Assembly (NCBI GenBank): GCA_963705185.1
Contig: CAVPJF010000033.1
Span: 145,894-209,893, forward strand
From: an uncultured Bacteroidales bacterium
GTDB taxonomy: Bacteria > Bacteroidota > Bacteroidia > Bacteroidales > JAADJA01
DNA length: 64,000 bases
Direction: 5' to 3'
In this document: piece by piece, positions 10,351 to 19,360 of the stretch
Layout of the letters: each line of letters begins with the position of its first letter
Numbering within the stretch: position 1 is the stretch's first letter
Position numbers and translations under genes: made by a program
Notes under the pieces: generated by a model
What the model was told of the DNA's origin: nothing
What the model saw: only the letters and a program-made list of their open reading frames with translations
The model's database searches: none

Positions 10351-12647
10351 GTTTCCATTACTTTCTTAAGGTTCTCAATTGATGTTAAAATCATTTCATT
10401 TGTTGCCGGTAAAGAAAACTCAGGTTCAATTTTATGATCGCCAATTGCCGAAATGGCATCTTTGATTGCCATCCAAACCGACAATGCCAGCATGAATGGT
10501 GGTTCTCCCACTGCCTTACTTTGCTTGATAGTATTTGGATTAGGGGCATCTTTTAACAGCTCTACCCTGAAATCTCTGGGGATATCTTTTATGGTTGGTA
10601 TCTTATAGGTATCGGGTGAATGGTTCAGTAAATTACCTTCTTCATCGTATTTTAGATCTTCTGTTGTAACCCATCCCAGGCCCTGGATAAATCCGCCCTC
10701 TATCTGACCGATGTCAATTTTTTCATTCAATGATTTTCCAACGTCATGTAAAATATCCGTTCTTAAAACTTTTACATAACCTGTCAGCGTATCCAGTTCA
10801 ACTTCAGTAACCGCCATTCCAAAGGCAAAATAATGAAAGGGTTTGCCTTTTCCTTTTTGTTTGTCATAATATATCCCCGGAGTTTTGTAGAATCCAGTGG
10901 CACTTAAGCTGGTTTGATTCAGATAGGCAGCGTTGATCAAATCCTTAAAAGATATTTTGTGCTTAGGATAATTCCCATCAAATACAAAGTTATCTTCAAA
11001 AACTATTTTTTTCTTTTTTGAATGACTTTCTATAAATAGATTCAATGCTACTTTCACTAACCTTGATTTTAGCTTTCCAATGGCATCTTTCACTGCCATT
11101 CCATTCAGATCGCTTCCGGATGAGGCCGCTGTAGCTGAGGTGTTTGGAACTCTGGATGTGTTTGTAGCTGCAACCTTAATGAATTCCGGGCTGATTCCCA
11201 GTTCTGAAGAAACGATTTGTAAAATTTTTGTATGAAGTCCCTGACCCATCTCAGTTCCGCCATGATTTACCTGCACTGTTCCATCTTTATAAATATTAAC
11301 CAGCGCTCCGGCTTGGTTAAGAAAAGCAGTCGTGAACGAAATCCCGAATTTAACCGGTGTCATTCCAAGTCCTTTTTTATTGAATTGGTTGTATTGGTTA
11401 AATCGGTCGATTTGTTTCCTTCGATTGAAATAATCTGAAGACTTCACGAGCTGATTATACAACAAAAGCAATCGATTATTTTCGACCTTCTGTCCATAAT
11501 GGGTAATGCTGTTTTTCCCTGATCTGTAAAAATTCAATTTTCTTATCTCTATGGCATCTTTTCCAAGGAACCTTGCAATCCGGTCAATTATATTTTCAAT
11601 AACGGCCATTCCCTGCGGTCCACCAAAACCTCTCATAGCCGTATTCGAAGGTTTATTGGTTTTCCATGAATGACCAATTACCCTTAAGTTGGGAATAAAA
11701 TAGGCATTATCCACATGGAACATGGCTCTTTCCATTATAGCCATCGTAAGATCAGTTGAAGAGCCGGCATCCAAATTCAGGTCGATGTCGATGGACAATA
11801 TCTTGCCATTTTTATTAAAACCCGCTTTATAGTTTGAAAGGGTGTTATGCCTTTTGCCTGTGATGATCTGGTCTTCATCGCGGGTGAGGTGAATTTTAAC
11901 CGGTCTGCCAGTATCTTTTGCAAGCAATGCTGCCCATGCAGCATAATGATTGGCCTGTGTCTCCTTTCCTCCAAAGGCACCACCCATCCTCCTCACTTCA
12001 ACTTCCACCTCATTTTTTTGGATTCCCAGGACTTCAGCAACAATGGCCTGGGTTTCGGAGGGATGTTGAGTTGAACTGTATAGTTTTATTTCTTTTCCCT
12101 CACCCGGCACTGCAAGGCAGGATTGGGTCTCAAGGTACCAATGCTCCTGACTTCCCGTTCTTAGCGTACCTTCAATAATATGATCACAAACTTTGAAGGC
12201 TGCAGAAATGCTTCCACATTCAATTTTTCGGGGTGGTTGTAAGCTGTTTTCTTTTAGAATTGCAGTTTCTAAATCAAGAATTGCTTCCAACGGCTCATAC
12301 TGAATTTCAATCAGCTTTTCAGCTTCACGGGCTATATCTTTATTTTCGGCAGCAATCAAAAGAATAACATGCCCGATAAAATGAACTTCATTTTCAGCAA
12401 GGCAGGGTTCATCATGGATAACAGGTCCCATTTGATTTGCACCCGGTATATCTTTATAAGAAAGGATTGCTTTAACCCCACTCAATGTCCGGGCTTTTTC
12501 ATAACTTATGGATTTGATTTTTGCATGTGCTTGTTTACTGCATACCAGGTGCCCGTATAGCATCTGTTCACCGACCTGAATATCATTCACATAAATCGAT
12601 TCACCCGTGACATGTTTATTAGCGCTATCGTGCGGAAGTAAGCTCAT
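10347..12647 (-). CDS. xdhB: Xanthine dehydrogenase, molybdopterin-binding large subunit (Rhodobacter-type XdhB)
   Basis: Intact 766-aa ORF. RRMGGAFGGKETQ, AMRGFGGPQG and KAVGEPPF match the active-site Glu/Arg/Glu contexts of xanthine oxidoreductases (recalled from the bovine enzyme). Confidence 0.9.
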   Translation of the reverse strand: MSLLPHDSANKHVTGESIYVNDIQVGEQMLYGHLVCSKQAHAKIKSISYEKARTLSGVKAILSYKDIPGANQMGPVIHDEPCLAENEVHFIGHVILLIAAENKDIAREAEKLIEIQYEPLEAILDLETAILKENSLQPPRKIECGSISAAFKVCDHIIEGTLRTGSQEHWYLETQSCLAVPGEGKEIKLYSSTQHPSETQAIVAEVLGIQKNEVEVEVRRMGGAFGGKETQANHYAAWAALLAKDTGRPVKIHLTRDEDQIITGKRHNTLSNYKAGFNKNGKILSIDIDLNLDAGSSTDLTMAIMERAMFHVDNAYFIPNLRVIGHSWKTNKPSNTAMRGFGGPQGMAVIENIIDRIARFLGKDAIEIRKLNFYRSGKNSITHYGQKVENNRLLLLYNQLVKSSDYFNRRKQIDRFNQYNQFNKKGLGMTPVKFGISFTTAFLNQAGALVNIYKDGTVQVNHGGTEMGQGLHTKILQIVSSELGISPEFIKVAATNTSRVPNTSATAASSGSDLNGMAVKDAIGKLKSRLVKVALNLFIESHSKKKKIVFEDNFVFDGNYPKHKISFKDLINAAYLNQTSLSATGFYKTPGIYYDKQKGKGKPFHYFAFGMAVTEVELDTLTGYVKVLRTDILHDVGKSLNEKIDIGQIEGGFIQGLGWVTTEDLKYDEEGNLLNHSPDTYKIPTIKDIPRDFRVELLKDAPNPNTIKQSKAVGEPPFMLALSVWMAIKDAISAIGDHKIEPEFSLPATNEMILTSIENLKKVMET

Positions 12648-14097
12648 ATATGGTTTCTTCGAAGAATTTGATCAATAAATTTTTTGCCGCTGTTTTCCTG
12701 AATTCAGCTCCTGACCGTGCATCTGAAATCGGGGTAAATTCATTTTCAAGTATTTTTTGAGCATGTTGAATATTTTCGAATGTCCATTTTTTATCCATCA
12801 AATAATCCTCAGTTGATTTGGCTCTTTTCGCCAGTTCCGCCATTCCGCCAAAGGCAAGACAGATATCTTTGACTTTGCCATTTTTTAATTCAATCCTAAA
12901 TCCTGCGCTTACAGTAGAAATATCCAAATCTTTTCGCTTGGAGATTTTATAAAACCTGATCAATTGTTCTTTAGGTTTTGGTATGATCAGAGAATGAATG
13001 ATTTCGCCTTTTTTTAAATCAGTTTTTCGATATCCTTTAATAAAGCTTTCAATAGAAAGAGTTCTTTGACCCCTTTTATTTATTAACCTGATTTTGGCAT
13101 TGTAAGCCATTAAAAGCGGAATGGTATCTCCTATGGGTGAAGCTGTCGCAATGTTGCCTCCTAAGGTAGCCAGGTTCCTGATTTGCTTTGATGCAAAAAT
13201 GTTAAGCATTTCGGTAAAAGCAGGTAATGACCCGATTAATTTTAGTCGGATGATCTCGAGAGGTAATCCAGATCCAATGATAAATTCATTTTTATTTTCA
13301 TGAAAGACTTTTAGTTCTTCAATAGCTGAAAGGTCGATTATTTCCTCAATTATTTCAAATCTTTTGGTTTGTTTCAACGCTATATCAGTTGAACCATTTA
13401 TGCAAAGTGCTTTCGGATATTTTTCGGATAAGTTTAAGCTTTCCAGCAGACTTTCAGGTTGAAAATATTTTTGATCAGTGGTGATGATTGAAATCGATCC
13501 TGAAGACGAGGCAATAGTTTTTAAAAGGGATATTGTCTCTTCCTTCTTTTTAGAAAACGGGTCGATTCTAATATTCTGACATGCAGCCTGAGTGGCTTTT
13601 AGGATAGGTTGATACCCTGTGCAACGGCAAAGATTACCTGTCAATGCATCCTCAATTATTTCCCTTGATGGGTTTTTGTAATTTTTATAAAGAGCAAACA
13701 TCGACATAACAATCCCTGGTGTACAATATCCGCATTGGCTTCCATTTAAGTCAACCAGAGCTTGCTGTACCGGATGAAGTTCGATTTCGTAACCATTTTT
13801 TAATGCCAGGTTTTCAACAGTGATCAGCTGTTTACCATGGATCATGGGTAGAAAAACCAGACAGGAATTGACTGCTTTGTAAACCAAAGAATCTTTACTA
13901 TCCAGTTCTGCCAAAACCACTGTGCAGGCTCCACAATCACCTTCGGCACAACCTTCCTTTACTCCTTTGTGGTTCGGAAGTGAGCGCAAATAATTCAATA
14001 CAGTTAATGTTGGACTAAGTTTCTGTTGAATAAAATCGACGTTTACGATCTTATCGTCTAAAACAAAGCTGATTTTATTTTGGTATTGACGCCTCAT
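12625..14097 (-). CDS. xdhA: Xanthine dehydrogenase small subunit (2x[2Fe-2S] plus FAD-binding domain; XdhA)
   Basis: Intact 490 aa. CAEGDCGACTV and CGYCTPG...CRCTGY iron-sulfur motifs are followed by a CO-dehydrogenase-flavoprotein-like domain. 23-nt overlap with xdhB. Confidence 0.9.
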   Translation of the reverse strand: MRRQYQNKISFVLDDKIVNVDFIQQKLSPTLTVLNYLRSLPNHKGVKEGCAEGDCGACTVVLAELDSKDSLVYKAVNSCLVFLPMIHGKQLITVENLALKNGYEIELHPVQQALVDLNGSQCGYCTPGIVMSMFALYKNYKNPSREIIEDALTGNLCRCTGYQPILKATQAACQNIRIDPFSKKKEETISLLKTIASSSGSISIITTDQKYFQPESLLESLNLSEKYPKALCINGSTDIALKQTKRFEIIEEIIDLSAIEELKVFHENKNEFIIGSGLPLEIIRLKLIGSLPAFTEMLNIFASKQIRNLATLGGNIATASPIGDTIPLLMAYNAKIRLINKRGQRTLSIESFIKGYRKTDLKKGEIIHSLIIPKPKEQLIRFYKISKRKDLDISTVSAGFRIELKNGKVKDICLAFGGMAELAKRAKSTEDYLMDKKWTFENIQHAQKILENEFTPISDARSGAEFRKTAAKNLLIKFFEETIYELTSAR

Positions 14098-14861
14098 TTA
14101 TTAATAGAATTCTTTACGTCGATCAGTTTTGCAAGTATACTGATGGCAATCTCCTCAGGAGTCTGTGCGTTGAATTTAATTCCAATGGGCATGTCAACTT
14201 TTTCTAATTCATGCTCGGTCAATATTTTTTGTTCCATTAATCTTTTTCGCGCTAATGCAACTTTCCTCGCACTACCAATCATACCAAGATAAGCAAAAGT
14301 TTTTTTTGCGCAGATTGCAAGCACTTCTTCGTCATATGCATGTTTGGGCGTAACTATAACTATGAAGTCATTTTCATTGAAGCCTATATCCTGAGCAGTT
14401 TTTATATAGTCATCTTGAATCAGCTGGACTCCGGGAATATCCATCGCATCCATTATTTCGTTCCGATGATCGACCAGGCAAATATGGAATCCAAAGTCAA
14501 AAGCATATTTCGCAAGTGCTTTACCAATATGACCAGCTCCAAAAATATACAGGTTCAGGTTTGGAACAATGGGTTCAATGTAAACCTCGGCCGTTCCTCC
14601 GCAATGCATTGATAAATCTTCTTCAAGATTGTAAATGAATTTTTCAGGGTGATTTTGGGCAATGACTTTCCGGGCATCATCGATCACCTTAAATTCAAGG
14701 CTGCCGCCACCAATAGTGCCTTCTATGGTTCCATTTTCGAAAACCAACATTTTTGATCCGGCTTTTCGCGGCGAACTACCCTTAGTTTCAACAATAATGC
14801 AGAATGCAGCTTTTTTGCCGGTATTTTTTATTTCAGCTATTTTGAATAATATATTTTCCAC
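14094..14861 (-). CDS. xdhC: XdhC/CoxI family molybdenum-hydroxylase maturation factor
   Basis: 255 aa. VETKGSSPRKAGSKMLV N-domain and LYIFGAGHIGKAL Rossmann-like domain. ATGA overlap with the xdhA start. Confidence 0.85.
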   Translation of the reverse strand: MENILFKIAEIKNTGKKAAFCIIVETKGSSPRKAGSKMLVFENGTIEGTIGGGSLEFKVIDDARKVIAQNHPEKFIYNLEEDLSMHCGGTAEVYIEPIVPNLNLYIFGAGHIGKALAKYAFDFGFHICLVDHRNEIMDAMDIPGVQLIQDDYIKTAQDIGFNENDFIVIVTPKHAYDEEVLAICAKKTFAYLGMIGSARKVALARKRLMEQKILTEHELEKVDMPIGIKFNAQTPEEIAISILAKLIDVKNSINK

Positions 14862-15384
14862 GTTCTTCTTTTAATCTATATCCTAATGGATTTCTGTTTT
14901 TATATGAAGGTTCGATTAACTCCTTGAGGATCTCATAAATTCTTATAATGTGCTGGTTTTGCTCAGTAGCATTCGCTTCTATTGCTTCAATTTTTTCAAG
15001 TAATTCATGGTAATTCGAAATTAACTTCCGCATTTTAACAAAAACACGCATAATTTGAATATTCACCTGAACTGCAACCGGACTTCTTAAGATTCCGGAT
15101 AACATGGCGACTCCCTGTTCAGTAAAAACCATTGGAAGATGCCTGCTTCCTCCCCAACTTGAGGTGCCAAATTGGTACCTCAAGTTATTGAATTCTTCCA
15201 ATGAGAGTTCAAACATAAAATCATCAGGGAATCGTTCAATATTTCTTCTGACAGCTCTTTTTAAAGTTTTAGTTTCTACACAGTATAAAGCTGCCAGGTC
15301 GGAATCGATCAATACTTTCTGATTTCGGATCACATAAATTTTCCCGGCAATAAATTCTTCTTTTGGTATAAGTTTATTCATCAA
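14833..15384 (-). CDS. ORF6N (KilA-N-related) domain DNA-binding protein
   Basis: 183 aa. IRNQKVLIDSDLAALYCVETKTLKRAVRRNIERFPDDFMFEL...SSWGGSRHLPMVFTEQGVAMLS is the ORF6N pattern as I recall it. The 3' end overlaps the xdhC start by 29 nt. Confidence 0.8.
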   Translation of the reverse strand: MMNKLIPKEEFIAGKIYVIRNQKVLIDSDLAALYCVETKTLKRAVRRNIERFPDDFMFELSLEEFNNLRYQFGTSSWGGSRHLPMVFTEQGVAMLSGILRSPVAVQVNIQIMRVFVKMRKLISNYHELLEKIEAIEANATEQNQHIIRIYEILKELIEPSYKNRNPLGYRLKEERGKYIIQNS

Positions 15385-15396
15385 TCTAACTTTTTA

Positions 15397-15415
15397 AGGT
15401 CACAAATTGTGACCT
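15397..15415. promoter_or_regulatory. Perfect 19-nt palindrome AGGTCACAA-A-TTGTGACCT, candidate operator or terminator
   Basis: 9-bp arms around one central base. It sits in the 37-nt gap between the GT4 stop (15422) and the ORF6N ATG (15384), 12 nt upstream of that ATG. Confidence 0.5.
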
Positions 15416-15421
15416 CAAGAT

Positions 15422-16681
15422 TTATTTATATTTCAGATAAAATTCCAAAAACCTGTCAGCAATGGCTTCCCAGCTATACTCATTCCTAATTAGGACACTC
15501 CCCGCCTTGCCAATTCTTTTTCGCAGAACTTCATCATTTAACAAACTTTTGATTGCATTTGCGAATTCTTCCTCATTCCCAGGATCGACCAGCAATCCAT
15601 TTTTACCCTGAATAATTGCATTCCTGATACCACCGAATTTTGAAGCAATCACCGGACAACCGCAAGCCATCGCTTCCTGGGTAGTCATTCCGAAAGGTTC
15701 AAAAATTGATGGTAAAACAAAAAGCATTGCATTCTGGTAATACGGAAGCATCATATCGTCTCCGATATAACCTACCATATGTACTTTTTCTTTTATGTTC
15801 TTCTCTTCGATGATTTTTCGCATCATGTCGAAAATTTCTATTTCACGGGGCTTTGGATTTGGTGATCCTCCTCCAATAACCAGATGTACATCAGCAAACT
15901 GATGAGCAATTCTTCCATAGGCCTTGAGCAAAAGGTCATGACCTTTATTGGAGTCAATCCGGCTCAGGTTCAAAATATATTTTTCCGGCAAGTTGGTTTT
16001 TATCTTCTTTTCTGAGGCCCTCATCATCCGAAATCTATATATATCAACACCCGGAGGGATGATTTCAATATTGTCTGATTTAAAATTATAAAGACTCTCC
16101 AGTTTTTCCAGCTGAACCGACGAAGTCATTGTCTGTCCTTTCACCGCTTTAAATATTCGAATTTCTTCAGCAATTCGATGTTGGAAATTGAACACCTTTT
16201 CCATTTCTTTCGTATCGCCTCCCATCTGGTCACGTTTCCAGGCACCCAGCGAATGAGCAGTAAAATAGGATGGTTTATCAAAATAATTTGCTACTTCAAG
16301 CATAACAATACCGGCATCGACATAATGCCCATGAAACAGATCATAAGAAAGATTATTTTTACTGATGAACCGAATCATATTGGTGGCTAATTCAGGAAGC
16401 AGGTTATAAATGAATTCTTTTGGAACAAACTCCCAATTTCCACAAGGTATTCTGATTACCCTAACATCGGGATGACCTGGAACCGGATCAACTTGTGCCT
16501 TTGTTTTGTCGAACCATCGGGTGTAAATATCAACTTTTATTCCTTTTCGCGCCAGAGCCTTGGCAAGTTCAAGCACATAAACAACCTGTCCACCGGTATC
16601 GGTAATTCCAAGGGTTGGAACCGGATCAAAATAGCCATGGGTGCTCAGCATGGCGATGTGCTTATAATTTATCCTGTTCAT
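15422..16681 (-). CDS. GT4 glycosyltransferase, sucrose-phosphate-synthase-like (glucosyltransferase domain only)
   Basis: Intact 419 aa. HIAMLSTHGYFDPVPTLGITDTGGQVVYVLELAKALA is the SPS-type N-terminus. C-terminal EPFGMTTQEAMACGCPVIAS is the GT-B/GT4 motif. Confidence 0.75.
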   Translation of the reverse strand: MNRINYKHIAMLSTHGYFDPVPTLGITDTGGQVVYVLELAKALARKGIKVDIYTRWFDKTKAQVDPVPGHPDVRVIRIPCGNWEFVPKEFIYNLLPELATNMIRFISKNNLSYDLFHGHYVDAGIVMLEVANYFDKPSYFTAHSLGAWKRDQMGGDTKEMEKVFNFQHRIAEEIRIFKAVKGQTMTSSVQLEKLESLYNFKSDNIEIIPPGVDIYRFRMMRASEKKIKTNLPEKYILNLSRIDSNKGHDLLLKAYGRIAHQFADVHLVIGGGSPNPKPREIEIFDMMRKIIEEKNIKEKVHMVGYIGDDMMLPYYQNAMLFVLPSIFEPFGMTTQEAMACGCPVIASKFGGIRNAIIQGKNGLLVDPGNEEEFANAIKSLLNDEVLRKRIGKAGSVLIRNEYSWEAIADRFLEFYLKYK

Positions 16682-16744
16682 AATTTTATAGCTTATTGAA
16701 CCGAAAAACTTTTATCAATGATTCAACCAATTCAACCAGAATCA

Positions 16745-17393
16745 TCATTTTTTTACTTTCGAAACATTCCATTCCTTAGAAATAACAATATCAGCCAAAT
16801 CTTTATGCTTTGATATAATTTCATGTTCGATGGTTAGAACCCTGTCGAGGAATTCATCCTGTTTTTCCCGTGCTCTTTTTTTTCTCGATTCAAGGGTATC
16901 CATTTTATTTCTGTCGATAAAAATCCGGCAATTTACATTTTTCAAGGTAGTGGTATACGTTCCTTCGGCGATCAGTACCTTAAATTCTGCAAGATTTATT
17001 TTTTCTTCTCCAATTTCATCTGCATTAAAATCCACCAGGGGTTTTATGATGATCGTTTTACCATTCAGGATATCGAATATGTTTTGATCCAGTAAATCAA
17101 GTTTAACTTCTTGCATTCCGACCCATGAAATATCTTTTTACCCGTTGACGGGCATTGGTTTTTGGCGGAAGTTTAAAATAGTCGTCCTGTCCAAAGATAT
17201 AACTTTGGATATCAAATTCTTTAAGTTTATCAGCAATAGATGCAGCGATTTCCGATTTGCCAGCACCTGATTCGCCCGCAACGGTAATTACGAATTTGTC
17301 GTTGGATTTTTGAATATCTTTAAGAATGAAGTCCACAATCTGACCGGCTGCTTTCCGGTGGTTATCATCGATAATCAAAATATCTCCTTTCAT
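16745..17393 (-). CDS. P-loop kinase of the uridine kinase/phosphoribulokinase family; one frame break near 17105
   Basis: VITVAGESGAGKSEIA Walker A motif, then GQDDYF, LIAEGTY and FIDRNKMDTLESRKKRA. Fragments 17103..17393 and 16745..17116. Confidence 0.65.
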
Positions 17394-17438
17394 ACTATCG
17401 GAAATTAAATTTTACCTTCATCAAAAATACATTTTTTT

Positions 17439-18327
17439 ATGTATTTTCGAAAAATGGAAGTTAGATCAAACAAGATTGGAGATATACGGAACCATTACCG
17501 TCTGAAACTTCTTGATAACTATGAAGAAAGAGAGGCGGATACACTGCTTTTTATGTTGATCGAAGAATTTTCAGGTATTACAAAAACCCGGGTAATTTCT
17601 GAGCCTCACCTTACAGTCACTGAGTCGGAACTGCTGAAAATTCATTTTGCTGTCAAAGATTTAAATAACCATAAACCAATCCAATATATAATTGGTAAGA
17701 CCGAGTTTTATGGTTTGTCTATAAAGGTTAATCCCAATGTTCTGATTCCCCGGCAGGAAACTGAAGAATTGGTCGAATTGGTTATCAGGGAAAATCAACA
17801 TCGGAAAAATCTTCGCATTTTTGATATAGGAACCGGTTCAGGGTGCATTGCCATTGCAATTTCTAAGAATTTACCCACATACTGAAGTTTTAGCTATCGA
17901 TATTTCTCCAGAAGCCATCCAAACAGCTATAAGCAATGCTGAATTGAATGATGCAAAAATAAATTTCTTTTGTCTGGATTTTTTAAATGAAAGTACATGG
18001 TCGAAGTTTGGATTCCTGGATATCATCATCAGCAATCCCCCTTATATCAGGAATTCGGAAAAAGAATTAATGAAGAAAAATGTATTAAACTTTGAACCCG
18101 AAAAAGCCTTATTTGTTGATGATGAGAATCCTCTTGTTTTTTATAAAGCCATTGCTGATTTTGCAAGGCAAAACCTTAATAAATCAGGAAGGATATATTG
18201 CGAAATCAATCAATACCTTGGTAAAGAGATTTTAAATTTATTTGTCAGAGAAGGATTTGCTGATGTATGCCTCTTGAAAGATTTAAATGGAAATGACAGG
18301 ATGATTGCAGCTAAATTAAAAGAATGA
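17439..18327 (+). CDS. prmC: Release-factor glutamine N5-methyltransferase PrmC/HemK; one frame break near 17870
   Basis: IFDIGTGSGCIAIAISK SAM-binding motif and IISNPPYI (NPPY) motif. Fragments 17439..17885 and 17848..18327. Confidence 0.85.
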
Positions 18328-18777
18328 ATTTTCCATAAAGCTTTTAGCTGTGAAATAAATCCCTGGCGAAAAGTTTTCTCTTGGCCCGGCGAAATTTAGT
18401 ATTTGTATTTTATTAAGCTCCAACCAATACATAAATTCCTTTTTATCTATCGGAAAGTTTAGATTTTGAATCCAAAGTGGTTTTTGCAACTCTTTACAGA
18501 TACGATTAGTTAGCAGTGTTCCTGCGTCCATCTTATCCAGGTGAAGGATAATTGTTCCATCGCTGTCTGTTATGTTTCGTCTTGTTCTGATAGGATATTG
18601 AGTGCTTGTTGTTTCAATAAGGGGATAGCGGTATGAAAGGATTCCATCTTCAGCTTTTCTGCCTTTTGGACAATAACCACCGCAAGCTATTCCCTGTTCA
18701 AGAGCAAAATCCAGTGCTGCCCTGTCTACGCCCGTTTGCCCTCCGGAAATGATTTTAATTGAATTAAAAATATCCAT
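18316..18777 (-). CDS. YpsA/SLOG-type 'putative molybdenum carrier' family protein
   Basis: IISGGQTGVDRAALDFALEQGIACGGYCPKGRKAEDG pattern. ATG at 18777 is preferred because the track's TTG start lies inside the upstream terminator tail. Confidence 0.6.
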   Translation of the reverse strand: MDIFNSIKIISGGQTGVDRAALDFALEQGIACGGYCPKGRKAEDGILSYRYPLIETTSTQYPIRTRRNITDSDGTIILHLDKMDAGTLLTNRICKELQKPLWIQNLNFPIDKKEFMYWLELNKIQILNFAGPRENFSPGIYFTAKSFMENSFF

Positions 18778-18796
18778 ATTGAAGTCACTAAAATAC

Positions 18797-18824
18797 AAAA
18801 AGCCCGGAATCTCCGGGCTTTTTC
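18797..18824 (-). terminator. Rho-independent terminator (symmetric A/T flanks)
   Basis: AGCCCGGA / TCCGGGCT 8-bp stem with a 3-nt loop. T-run on the minus strand, A-run on the plus strand. Confidence 0.75.
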
Positions 18825-18849
18825 CAAATTAAGAAATATGAAATAAAAA

Positions 18850-19077
18850 TCAAATGGATGGTTGGATAACTACCATAGACTCTTGATCTTCTTTGAATTG
18901 GGGACGGAGAAAATTTTGATAGGAACGGTCCAATAGAAACGAATTTGGGTGATCCTCGAGGTTCAATACCCAATAGAAACCGTCTTCCTTATTTTTAATG
19001 ATGCAATAAACATCTTTAACTTGAAATTCAATTCCTTCATTTCTGGTTTCTCTTTTTATTTCCATTTTTGCTTCCAT
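18850..19077 (-). CDS. Hypothetical 75-aa protein
   Basis: ORF followed by a clean terminator. No recognisable family. Confidence 0.4.
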   Translation of the reverse strand: MEAKMEIKRETRNEGIEFQVKDVYCIIKNKEDGFYWVLNLEDHPNSFLLDRSYQNFLRPQFKEDQESMVVIQPSI

Positions 19078-19360
19078 TTTTTGTTTCCTCCATTTTTATA
19101 ACACTTATTACCATTTCAATAATTATACAATTATGTAAAATTCAAATAATGAGGGTGTTAGAAAAAAACGAATTTCTCAATATTGGAAAAAATTTTGGTT
19201 TCAGGAATTGTTTTTGGAAAAGAAATATTTTTCAAGCCGTAATTCTTTACAAACATTTTGAGGGTGATTGAACATTTTATTGGACTGAAATGAATCATTT
19301 TCAACTGTCATAGGTTCAGCCATATTTTATTTAATTTTACGCCCTCAAAAATATAAGCAC

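Noticed and set aside
10347-14861. Labelling the XDH operon a selenium-dependent molybdenum hydroxylase system because of the YgfK/MocA context.
   Set aside because: No selD, yqeB or yqeC-type marker genes occur in this window, so selenium dependence cannot be supported from this sequence.
14833-15384. ORF6N gene as the edge of a prophage or integrative element.
   Set aside because: No integrase, recombinase, structural phage genes, direct-repeat att sites or adjacent tRNA target are present. The gene is a lone insertion within an operon-like gene run.
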